From Nageia nagi (Eukaryota; Plantae; Pinophyta), in the NCBI GenBank assembly GCA_050084985.1, contig JBITNC010000001.1, positions 67,704,001 through 67,768,000 of the forward strand: 64,000 nucleotides of DNA. Reading direction: 5' to 3'. A program made the translations under genes and the position numbers. The notes beneath the pieces were generated by a model. The model had not been told where the DNA came from and searched no databases. It saw only the letters and a list, made by a program, of their open reading frames with translations. Shown one piece after another: positions 24,972 through 37,565 of the stretch. Numbering within the stretch: the first letter of the stretch is position 1; every line of letters starts with the position of its first letter.

Positions 24972-27900
24972 TCAAGCAATAGTGGTGATATTCAAATAGG
25001 TTGTGTTAGATTCATCTCTTAGAGCCATAATGGGTTCCAAATGATAACTATTGTACAAAACCTTAGAAATAAAACTCAAATGGTGGTATGTGCTTATTCC
25101 TTTAATTTCATTGAAGGTCACTTCCTAAATAAAATCTAGATCTCTAATTTTAGCACACTTCAATTGAACAACTTGCCCTCCTTGATATCTTGATACACCA
25201 TAAAGCAAGCATGAAGGCCTATTTGTAGAATTTAAAGAAATAGAATTTGTGTTACCATCCAATCCCATTCATACTTTAAGGATGTCAGCACTTGCATTAT
25301 TTTTGAAATAAAACACCCAACAACTCCGTAACAAACATCCATAATTTTACTCTCTCTTAAAATACTAGTACTTTGGGAAATAGTAATTTTTTATCTACTC
25401 TGTTATGTGAAACAACCCATCTTGGAGGAAAAAAGGACTCCAAATAAATATTATTCCCAAAAAAATATATAATTGACTTTGAGTTTATTTCTCTATTAGG
25501 AAAAGTTGCATCTATAATTCTAAAAGTAGCATGAGCTACTTCATTCATTCCAAATATTAATGAAATGATCCATAAATACTTGACTGTGGTTATTGAACCT
25601 AAATACCAAGGTGGTGTTGTTATCAAATGCAGATAAACAAGATAGCTTTCCTTCTTGGGAAAAGGAGAATGATTTAGATTGGTATGAAGTAATAACTAGC
25701 TTGATCCAATAAAATATAGAAGATTTTTGGGTACTTGTATGTCCCTATCTCTATCGACATGCCAACTAGAACATAAGGACCAAACTTGATAGCTTGAAGA
25801 GTTTGATATTGAGGATGATCATTTGTTTAAAAATATAAAAGAACAAAATAATATCTTTAACATCTCAACCTAACTACTTAACTAAATATTCTTTCTTATT
25901 GGATTGTGCATCTAAAAATTTAGATATTATTAAAGCACAAACTTTAATAGTCTCTATCCTAAACTAATAGGAAATGAAAAAGAAAGTTTGTTTCCTGATG
26001 CCAATTTTCTCTTAATCATCAAAAAGCTTCTTGTGATTCATAAAATTAAAATAATTCTAGCCTTAGTTTTTTTTCTTATAGGAAATATTAATATAACCAT
26101 GTACACATTAAATAAAATAAAAATGGATTAATAAATATTACATGTATAACAAGTTCAATGCTTGGATTTGTAAATAAAACTAATATGAGGTTAGTCTCAT
26201 TTTTGTTCTCATGGGGAAGATCAACGTAACAACCTAGACATAAACTAAAAATGAATTAATACAACTATAACAAGTTTAATACCTGAATTTGGTAAAGATA
26301 GTCCTTCAACACTAAGCATTGCACTAGCTTCTTATGCTGTCTATAATGAAATCCTTATATATATAGTGACCTCATATTCTTTGCCTTTGCATTCTTAATC
26401 ACCATAAGAAAAATAAAAACATACAACAATGTTATGAACATCATCTTACAGCTTGTATTTAACTTACTTTCTATAATAATAAATGCTTTACATGATAACA
26501 TCTTCTACTATTTATAAAAAAAAATTCAATTCCATTTTGGAAGATAAAAGTATGAATTGTTTTACCTCCAATCCTAAAAAATTCCATTTACACTTAAGAT
26601 ATGAATCTAATGAAGATAATGGTTGAACTATTGTGCAAGGCAACCCAACTAAATCCCAAGTAAGTTTACTAGATATAAACTAAATTATATACAAATTAGA
26701 ACTTCCCTTTTCTTGAAATATATAAAATATTAGAATTCCTTGTTATAAGAAAAAAACATCAATTATGACATCATCAAGGGTTACCAAAAATAATGCTTTA
26801 CAGATAAATACATTTTAAAAAATCATTCCATTTAAGTAAAATATGATTTTACCACCAAAAATCCATTTACTTAAGATAGAATCTAATGAGATATGTTAAC
26901 ATTTCAGCAAACCCATAAATCCCAAGTAATTACATATAAACTAAATATCATAAACTTCCCTTTTCTTGAAAATATATAAAATATCCCAACTTGGAGAATG
27001 ATTCACTTGTTATAAAAACAAAAATTCAATAAACAAACTCAAATAAGGGTAAAGAAATATTTTGTATTTAAGATAATTTAATCATTTTAGTTTTTCTAAT
27101 ATTATTACTAATGTATAAAATATTACATGTGTTGTAACAACACCAAAAAGTATGATGTGCATTACCCCAACCATAGTTATTCCTAGCCTTGAAACTCCAC
27201 TTCCTTGTGGAAGCATATATATCATTTTTCCAAGACTTGTACCTCTTTGGAACCTAAGAATACCATTGCTCAAAGCACACTCATAATATTCTATATATAC
27301 CATTTCTTTGGTCCATCAAAATAAATGATGAGCAATCTACACCTAAGAAAGAACAAGATAATAATATCTCACATCTATACCAAATGTTATATAGATGTAA
27401 AATATAAGAACTTTATATATGAAACAAAGAGTAGAATCTATATGGTTCAAAGTGATTGAAACAAATGAGTTTTAATATTAGGAATTATCTATATTTAAAA
27501 TATTATAAGTAGTACAAGTCTCTTCATTTTTTCGTACCAAGTTCTGTAGCAAGCCTCTTTGGGCCAACCCTAAAAAAGAAATAGGAAACTTCCATAAGTT
27601 GTTGCATATCCATTTACACTTTTCTTCTAATTTTTTAATAAAACATGTTTTTTCAAGTAAAATTTTTCATACCAATTTTTAGTACAAGATGATCTACCAG
27701 TTGCATATACATGTGATGAAGTAACAATATCCATGAAAAAAGTGGCTACGTCCTATGAAAAACAAAAGTACAAACATGTAAATAAAAATAGTTACATTAT
27801 GTACATTTGAATATTTGTACTATAAGAAAATAACCTTGTCAATACACACCACTTTGTTAAATTCAAGAAGGAATAAAGTAATAAAACAAAATTCTTAAAT

Positions 27901-30481
27901 TATGTAACTTTCACTATTTGAACAATGCTTTGCACATCGATAAGAAATATAGTAATAAAAATAGGTGATAAATTATGTAACATTTCTAAAGGCCTTTACA
28001 AATCCATGAAATATAAAAAATTATAGAATATTATTCCTTGACCAAAATCTATAAGATTATAAGGGTGGTAATTTTATGGGAAAGGAATGACATAAAAAAA
28101 ATTAAAAAAAAAAACTCATTTATAATTATATTTGTATTGTTAGCATTAAAAGTCAACTATAATGACTTATTAAGCCTTCATTTGATATTCAATCATCACC
28201 ATAGTAGTTCTCAAAAAGTTACCACAACTTTCACATATATACCTTGTAAAGTGGATCACCAACAACCTTATATCTCCTTTAGACACCAAAAAGCACTGCA
28301 AGGTGTGTGTTGAAATGTAACTTGGAAATATCATCAGCCTGTAACCAAACAAATAATCACCAACCAACAAACAATTCACAAAGAAATATCTTTAGATCCT
28401 TCCTATGGGAATATATCACTTTAGTTTTGTACAATAATGTAAATAAGATATGCAAGGGTACTTTTTTTTTAACTTATTTAATACACATTGAGTCAAAACT
28501 TTCTAAGCTACTCGTATGACACTTATTTGATTTGAAAAACATAGGCATAATCCCTTAAGTTAAAGTAGCTTCAAGAAAATAAAAAGTTCAATTTTATTTA
28601 ATTATTTGAAGGATTTAGGAAAGTGAATACCTTAGTATCTAACATTGCTAAAAAGCAAGGCTTGTCAAAGAGATGTCCCATCTCTAAGTTTTTTGGGTTT
28701 CCCTGCATCCAAATTGCATAACAATTATATTTAAATATAACTTTAAGAGTATAATTATGATTATTGTGTTGGGATTATAAGTGATAAAAGGTACAAATTA
28801 TAGTAAAAGGAAGGAATATTGCCTAAATAATAAATTGGAATTCTAAATTCAAAATAAAATGTATTTTATATGATGAATCAATGTCAAACATTATGCCTCG
28901 TAACATGCCTTGATTTTGGTATTTAATTTACTTTCAAGCACATGAAAATCAAAATATGTATGGTTTCTTGGATTTTGACTAGCCTTTACTTCTTTAGAAA
29001 GGGAAAAGAAAGCCAAAAATGATGAACTAAAACAAATGTTTGAAAAATAGATTTATAAAGAGCTAGGGTGTAGGATTAAGTAGAATACTTATTGTTAAGC
29101 TATATAGGTGATACATGACATCGTTCATGCCTCCAAATTAATCATTCAATGCATTCTAATATCTCTCTATTGTATACTACTTAATTACATTTTGAATATG
29201 ATTGTAAAAATATTTAGCCATCCATACAGTGATGTTGTATACTTCAATATTTCCAACAATAGTGTATTGGTCAGGTAACACTACCATAATCTATAACAAG
29301 AAAGATATGATACTTCATTTTATTTGAAAATATCTTAATACATAAAGACATATTACCAATTTAAACTAAAACTAAAATCAACTTACCTTGTGGATAGTAT
29401 AATAGGGCGCCCAAACATTTTTGAGGGTTTCCAAATTATCAAATTCCCATGTAGGAAAAATAGATAGAAACATGTCCTTATTTCTCTTTGGTATTCACCA
29501 AGAACAGATACAGCATATGTCATCCTTTCCTTGATAGTATCATTTTGGTTAGAGACCCATAACATTGTTGTGGAGCTCATATAGTGCCCTAAATCATTTT
29601 GAAAATAAAACCATAATGAAACCATCCATTTTAAGTCTAAATGGGATAAATTGATTTCTATTTAAACATAAAATACATTTCTAATATCACATAATAAACT
29701 AAATCATTAGTTTAATATTAAATTTGATAAATGTGGTAGGGCTTAGAGTAAAACATATTGTAGGTTCAAGTCCCTCCCCTCAACGAACCCAATATGAAGA
29801 GTTTTGAACTTTGTAGATAGTAAAAATATCATGAAACATTATAGATTGAGCTCAATTGAGGTCTTCTTAAAGCTTAAAAATATTTTTTCTACTATACCCA
29901 ATAGTAATATAAATTTCAAGGAATTTTTGTTCTTACCTACAAAATGGCCTATGAGTTGAGAGGTGGGAAATCCTATGGATCAAACTTGAGTTTAGACAAA
30001 CTTTACTCAATGACACCTCCTCCAATAGAATCTAAGCCTTGGGCAGGTTTGCTTCCAAGCCACTCCTCATTCTTCCAAAGAAAAACATCCAATCAAATTC
30101 TTGAAGAGTAGAAGCATAATGAGATTCCAAATGAGAATGCGAATATTCTCCATATTCTCCTTTATAGTCTTCCAAATTGGACCTCCCATGATGAGACAAA
30201 ATGCTATGCAAGATTTCCTTCTTTAAGGGAATGGAATAGGTGAATTTCCCACATATTTTCTTCTTCCATGTCTCATTTTTTTAGAATTGAATCACAACAC
30301 AAATTTGATGATTAAGAGGCAACTGAGCAAGAAAAAACTATGCAATAGTGATATTAGACTAAGGTAGTGTTACGGGTTTAGGATAAAGATTATTACATAA
30401 ATCCTTGCATGTACTGAAGCTTACTGCTACCAATAAAACAAACCCAGTAAGAAAAAACTCAAGATTGGATGAAAATCCCAT
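24972..30481 (-). pseudogene. GH127/GH146 (DUF1680) beta-L-arabinofuranosidase-like secreted glycosidase pseudogene, copy A, 12 exons
   Basis: Manual spliced translation: E1 30481-29937 (signal peptide MGFSSNLEFFLTGFVLLVAVSFSTC...GHFVG), E2 29588-29387 (GHYMSSTTMLW...YYTIHK), E3 29290-29093 (GGMNDVMYHLY), E4 28702-28631 (HLFDKPCFL), E5 28338-28243 (ADDISKLHFNTH...GDPLYK), E6 27752-27673 (FFMDIVTSSHVYATG), E7 27569-27493 (NEETCTTYN), E8 27336-27127 (YYECALSNG...MIYMLPQG...FWCCY), E9 ~27009-26566, E10 ~26402-26283, E11 ~26030-25942, E12 25822-24972 (...LRDESNTTYLN). Motif order matches plant DUF1680 proteins (Arabidopsis At5g12950/60 type, from memory); many stops, frameshifts and broken splice sites. 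Confidence 0.93.
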
Positions 30482-30999
30482 TGTAGTTTGAATCTCCTCA
30501 ACTGATAAAAAAAGTAGATTATTAGCAAATGGAGATCATGATTTATAAAGTAAATTGTTCGATAATGGATGGGTAACATTGGAATGGATAAGTTAAAAAG
30601 ATCACCATCAGCTTAGTTTTGAAGATGTGACCAAAACTTGGCAGCATTGTATGCATCCACGTGATACAACGAATCTCACCTGGAATTTAAGGAGATAACA
30701 ACTAGAAGTTAATTTGATGTAAACTAGAAATCCACTAATTCATATATTGTGGGAATTTAAATATGAGTTTTATCCACATCATCAAATTTCTAAGATAAAT
30801 CACATGAGATGTTGATAACATCTAAGGTGATGGGGTAAGAGAAATTCATTAGAAAATTTAAATTGTAATTTAAATATTATCTATGTGTGAAAAAGGCTAT
30901 CTTCCAACTACATTTAAATAAAATTTTAGGTGTATATCAGATTATGATAATAGGATGATTGGTTAGAAATCATTGGAATGGTTTAGATTAGTTGGAAAT

Positions 31000-33900
31000 G
31001 GTGATGTGGTGGATCAAATGATGTCATGGCATGCATGATGATGTGGTGGTTTGGAATCTTTGGATGATGTCATGGTATGCATGATGATGTGACAAGTTGG
31101 ATGATGTCATGGCATGCATGATGACATAGTAGTTTGGATGATGTCATGATATGCATAATGATGTGGTAGGCTAGATGACATCATGGCATTCATGATGATG
31201 TCATGGTATGCATGATGACATGGTAGGTCAGATGATATCATGGTATGCATGATGATGTGGTGGGCTGTATGATGTCATGACATGCATGATGATGTGGCAC
31301 ATGTGAATGATGTGATAAACTGGATGATATCATGACATGCATGATGATGTGGTAGGCAAGTTGATGTGGCATGGGGTGATATGGTGAGCTAGATGACATG
31401 GCATGCATGATGATGTGTTGAGCTGAATGATGTGGCAAGTTAGATGATGTGATATGCATGATGACATGGTAGATCAGATGATATCATGGTATGCATGATG
31501 ACATGCTAGGCTAGATGGCATCATGGCATGCATGATGATGTCATCATATGCATGATGATGTGGTGGGCTAGATGACTTCATGGCATGCATGATGATATGG
31601 CAAGTTGGATGACATCATGGTATATGTAATGATATGGCACATGTGAATGATGTGGTGATATGAATGATGTCATGGTATGCATGATGATGTGGTGGTTCGA
31701 ATGATGTGACTTGCATGATGATGTAGTAAATTTGATGATATAGCATGGGAATGGTATAACATACATGATGATATGGTGGGTAGGATGATGTGACATGCAT
31801 GATGATGTGGCAGGTAGGATGACATCACATGCATGATGATGTGGTGAGTAGGATGATGTAGTAAGTTGTATGATGATGTGGTGGGACAAATGGTATGGCA
31901 TGCATGATGATATGATAGGCAATATGATGTGGTGGATCAAATGATATGGTGGGCATGATGATGTGGTAAGTCAGATGACATGGCATGCATGATGATGTGG
32001 TGGTCTAGATAATGTGGCATGCATGATGATGTGGTAGGTCATATGATGTGGCATACATGATGACATGGTGGGTTAGATGATTTGTCATGCATGATGACAT
32101 AGCAAGTTGGATGATGTGGTGTGTTAGATGATGTGGCATACATGGTGGAGTGGTAGGTTGGATGATGTGGCATGCATGATGATGTGGTGGATCAAATGAT
32201 GTCATGGCATGCATGATGATGTGGCAAGATGTATGACATTATGGCATGCATGATGATGTGGTAGGCTGGATGAATTTATGGTATGATGATATGGTAGTTC
32301 AAATGACATCATGTCATACATGATGATGTGGCATATCAAATGACACTATGGCATACATGATGATGTGGTAGGACAAATGATATCATGACATGTATTATGA
32401 CATGGAAACCTAGATGACATGGTAAGCATGATAATTTGATAGGTCAAATGATGTGGTAGGCTGAATAATGTGGCATGCAAGATGATGTGATAGGTCAAAG
32501 TATGTCATGACATGCATGATGACATCATGCCATGATAGGCTGAATGACATCATGGCAAGCATTATGATGTGGTGGTTTGGATGACATAATGGCATGCATG
32601 ATGATGTGGTGGGTTGGATGATGTTGTGACATGCTTAATGATGTGGCAGGTAGGATGATATTGTGGTATGGATGATGATGTGGTAGGATGAATGACATCA
32701 TAGCATACATGATGATGTGGTGGGTTGGATGACATTATGACATGCATGATGATGTGGTGGGTTGGATGACATTGTGGCATGCATGATCATGTGGTGGATC
32801 AGATGACATCATGACATGCATGATGATATGGTAGGTCAGATGATGTTATGATATATGCATGATGATGTGGCATGGTAGATGACATCATGGCATGCATGAT
32901 GATATGGAGGATCGAATGATATTATGGCATGCATGATGATGTCATGAGCTAGATGACATCATGGTATGCATGATAATGTAGTGATTTAGATGACATCATG
33001 GCATGCATGATGATGTGGTGGGTCAGATGATGTGGCATGGGGTGACATTATATGTATGATGATGTGATGAGTTGGAAGACATGGCATGAGGATGATGTGG
33101 CATATGTGATGATGTGATAGGTCATATGATGTGGCTTGCATGATGATGTGGCAAGCCAGATAACATGGCATGGGAATGATGGTATGCATGATGATGTGCT
33201 GGATTTTATGATATGGCATGATGATGTGGTAGGATGGATGATGTGGTGAGTTAGATGATGTGGTAGGCATGATGATGTGATGGGCATGATTATGTGGCAA
33301 GCTAGATGACATGGCATGCATGATGATGTGGTGGCTCAGATGATGTATCATGCATGATGATGTGGTAGGTCAGATGATGTGGTATGCATGATGATATGGT
33401 AGGTTGGATGATGTGGCATGCATGATGATATGGTAGGTCAGATGAAGTGGCATGCATAGTGATATGGTAGGCTAGATGACATTGTGACATGCATGATGAT
33501 GTGGTAGGTTGGATGACATCATAGAATGCATGATAACATGATACACCAGATGACATTATGGCATGCATGGTGATGTGGTAGGCTAGATGACATCATGGCA
33601 TGCATGATGATGTCGAATATATGAATGATGTGGCAAGTTAGATGACATCATGATATGAATGATGATGTGGTAGGCTAGATGATGTGTTATAAGATGATGT
33701 AGCTTGCATAATCACATGGTGAGCTAGATCACATGGTATGGGGATGATGTGGCATTCATGATAATGTGGTGGGTTAGATGATATGGCATGCATGATTATA
33801 TGGTGGATCGGATGATGTGGTATGCATGATGATGTGATGGGTCAAATAATATGATGGACCAAATGATGTGGTAGGTTAAACAATGTGGCATGCATGATGA

Positions 33901-34830
33901 TGTGGTGGTTTAGATGATGTGGTAGGTATAATGATATGGCAATCATGATGATGTGTCAAGCTAGATGATGTGACATGCATGATGACATGATGGGTTGAAT
34001 GACTTGGCATGCATGATGATGTACTGAGTTGGATGATGTGGTAAGCTGAATGACATGTCATACATGATGACATGGTAGTTTGGATGACATGGCATTCATG
34101 ATGACATGACAAGATGGATGATGTTGTGGTATGCATGATGATGTGGTAAGCCTAATGATGTTGTGGCATGCATGATGACATGGTAGGTTGGATGACATCA
34201 TGGTATGTATGATGATGTGGTAGGTTGCATGACATCATGGAATGCATGATGATGTGGTACATGTGAATGATGTGGTGGGATGATGATGTCATGGCATGCA
34301 TTATGATGTGGTGGTATGGATGATATGGCATGGGGTGATGTAGCTTGAATGATGATGTGGTGAACTAGATCACATGGTAGGTTGAATGATGTGGCATGCA
34401 TGATGATGTGGTGGGTTGGATGATGTGGTAGGCATGATGACATGTCATGAATGATGATGTGGTGGGCTATATGATGTGGCATGGGGTGTTGTGACATGCA
34501 TGATGATATGACATGCATGATGATGTGTCATATATCATGATGTGGTATGCATGATAATGTGATGCTATAAATAACATGGTAGGATGGATGATATCACATA
34601 CATGATGATGTGGCATGTGTGAGTGATGTGATGAGCTGCATTACATGGCATCCTTGATGACATGGTAAGATGGTACAAATGTCATGTAATGTATGATGAC
34701 ATGGCAAGCCAGATGATGTGGTGAGCTAAATGATGTGGCTTGGAGGTGATGTAGCATGCATGATGATGTGGTGAAGGATGACATAGTATGGAGATAATGT
34801 AATATGGGGATGACATAGCAACATGAATCC
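31000..34830. repeat. ~3.8-kb minisatellite of 37-bp and 34-bp units (consensus GCATGCATGATGATGTGGTAGGTTGGATGA[CATCATG/TGTG])
   Basis: 37-bp period seen at 31075/31112/31149; 34-bp and ~17-bp variants interleaved; on the order of 100 diverged units. Confidence 0.96.
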
Positions 34831-35209
34831 TTAGGTAGCTTACATGGAAAAGTGGACCTACAAAAACTTAATAAAAAATTTAAATGGCCAAATATTTTAA
34901 AATATAAATCCATTTTTAATGAATCAAATTTCATTAAAAAGCTATTGATGTGCATTTTTTGAATTTTCTATCAAAATATTGAAATGAAAAAAATTTAAAT
35001 TTTGGATTTTTGGCACATAAGATGATGCAAGATGACATGGCAAGGTGGGACCCATCAAAAATTAAAATGGCTATATCTTTTGTGTTATTGCTTCGATTTT
35101 GACAATTCAAAAAACATTGGAAAGGTATTAGAAATGGGTATCCAAAAAATCATAAAATTTCAATTTTGAAAACTTTGAATTTGATGTGGTAGGCCTGGAA
35201 GACTTTTTT

Positions 35210-37100
35210 TAAAGTACTAATGTTGTTCTATTCAAATGTTTAAGGTTGTACAATAAGTTGGGTCGATTCAATGCTAATATGTGATTATTTCTCCTTGCAT
35301 AATTTATTATTGATCTTTGTATGTTTTTGGATCCATAGAGATGTGAAGTCATGAAGATAGCATCTAGAAAGGAAGGCACAAGTTCAGTTGGGGATCCTAA
35401 TTCTTCAAATTTTTCATATCTTTTTGTAGGATCAAAAGCTTTTGCATTGGGAAGGTGTGTTCCAAAAATGGATTGTGTAATTAATATCAAATATAAGTGA
35501 TAAATTAGTGAATACTAATATTTGTGTGGTGTTTGCTTCCTAATGGTTTTGTGGTGTTGATATATCTAAAACCTATCATGAAAATAGATCAGTCATATTT
35601 GGGAAGGTATAAATTTTAATACATAAATCCAATTGAGTTGATTATTTCTTCATTAGATATTTATTGAAGATACTTTTCTAATGTGTATATGTATGCCTAT
35701 GTTTGTTGATGATTTTACTTCTATAAGTGTCAATTTCCTACAAACTATCTTGATCTAATATGCTACAGTTAGAGTGCCCACATCATGCCATTTACCATTT
35801 AGAGTGCCCACACCATGGCAACAATGGAATCTCAGGGTAGGTAAAAGGTCACAACTTCAAAATGAGGTTAGATGAAACATAGAGTCATGGGAATACAAAA
35901 ATATGGGATTGGAAAAGTAAAATGCATCCATGAGGATCCTTTGAAGGAGATTGAAAACCCAAGTTGGAAAAGGAGTTTTGGGAGAAAGTAAGAGAGAGCT
36001 TGGAGGTAGTATTTCCTATAGGTAGGTTGTTACTATTATTGGAGCAATCACAACCATAGATAGGAGGATATGCAGCCATGGAGGAACTGTAGTGATTATT
36101 GAAATGGATGGAAGTAATCCAAGGTATATCAATGTTTATTATACTCTTATTTCTTCTTAAAGTTCTAGTTACTTATGAAGATAGTTTTCCATATCCAAGC
36201 CATAGAGCACTACTAAGATGAATCCAAGGAGTTATAGTATATGCTAGGATATTTAAAGATTGGAAAGACTTCATTGGCACCCTTTTGCACTATTGTATGA
36301 TGCTAGGTAGTGGAGAATGCAACCATTGTTGGTTGGGAAGATCATTCCATTATTTAGTCATTTTTTAGTAGTCAATTTTCTTTATCCATGTAGTAGGAAT
36401 ATCACTTAATGTAAATGTGGTAGATTGCATTATGTGTGAGCATGTTATGAGTGGGAGACATGGTGTGTGTTCTTATTACATATATATTTATTATTCATTA
36501 TTCTTTGAAAATGGGATAGTGGGTATTATTATTTGGAGAGATAAGTATTGTAGCTTACTATTGATGGTGGATATGTACAACCATGGAGATCCTTATTTTT
36601 CCATAATGGATGGGAATCAATCCAAGGTAATATAGGCCTTCATGATACCTTTTATTCATTTGTATTTCTAATGTTGCTACTATTTACTTGGAGGTGGAAA
36701 CACCATAGCCATGTTGGTCAGTATGCAAGTATGATTCTTGGTGTAGGATGAAGTTGCTTATTGCTTCATGGTCATTCAATACTATTCTTATGATTTTGAG
36801 ATAGAATCATTTAGTATGAATGTGGAAAGCATATCAAAAGTGAAAATGTTATGGGTGGCATCTATAGCATTATGTTATCTTGATACATATTTTTTGTCTA
36901 GCTATGAAGGAGACTTATCTAGTAGTTGGATGAGTTATCAATATTCATGATGTGATATTCTTGGAGGTTGCACAATAGACTCATATTAGATGTCATAGGT
37001 CATAGAGTGGAGGTTATCACTGAAGATCTTTATGTGCAAGTCCTAACATAGTCCAGATTCATCCAATGATATTTAATGAATATATAATTCATGATTCACA
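35210..37100 (-). mobile_element. More diverged independent copy of the unclassified repeat family
   Basis: 35464-35720 aligns by eye to 21676-21900 (aaaatagatcagtcatatttgggaaggtataaattt); 35885-36079 encodes QNSFSNL...KDPHGCIL, similar to NDPQGCFL at ~22500; boundaries approximate. Confidence 0.55.
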
Positions 37101-37329
37101 ATGTTGATGTCATAATATTCTATGTTTAGAGAACCCATGCTGTAGTTGCAGAGTTAGAATGGTTGGTTGTTGAGTTTGGTATTTATGCAAGAACTCATGG
37201 AGGAATGCTCTTATGTTCTTGGGTCATTCTATGAAGGATTTAGAGTGCAAACTTGATTCAGTGGATTGAGGAGTGTTGGAGGCCATGGAGGTTTGAGCAC
37301 CATTATTACCTTTTTATGGTAATAACTCT

Positions 37330-37565
37330 TCCATAGCAATCAATTATGTGATTAGGAATATGTATGCATTGGTTTAGAATGTTTCTATATCAAGGAGTCA
37401 TGTAGATTGTTGTAAGATAATATTTGCTCCATATTCTTTTATTGTTGTAATTTTTATTAGAAAATAAAGAAAAGAGCTCCATTCCATGTTGGATTAGCCC
37501 ACATTGGGTGGATCAGGGTAAATATTTGTGTCTCTAATTTGTGTGTGTATTTCTTTACCAATTTT
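37330..37565 (+). repeat. LTR-like remnant
   Basis: ggattagcccacattgggtggatcagggtaaatat resembles the motif in the 18124-18705 solo LTR; no TSD found. Confidence 0.4.

Larger units (their letters stand above)
16019..30383. repeat. Segmental duplication block A (paralogous to ~38390-63521)
   Basis: Colinear matches: 16019-16400~38390-38750; 16400-16830~39185-39615; 16830-17170~42962-43331; 17165-19460~48462-50080; 20580-24355~50100-53270; 24360-30383~57850-63521. Confidence 0.93.

Noticed and set aside
31000-34830. CRISPR-like array
   Set aside because: Contiguous diverged units with no unique spacers, eukaryotic context, no cas genes.
31238-34955. Many His-rich minus-strand ORFs (metal-binding protein candidates)
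   Set aside because: Arise in all frames from the CATCAT-rich minisatellite with frequent stops and no frame preference.
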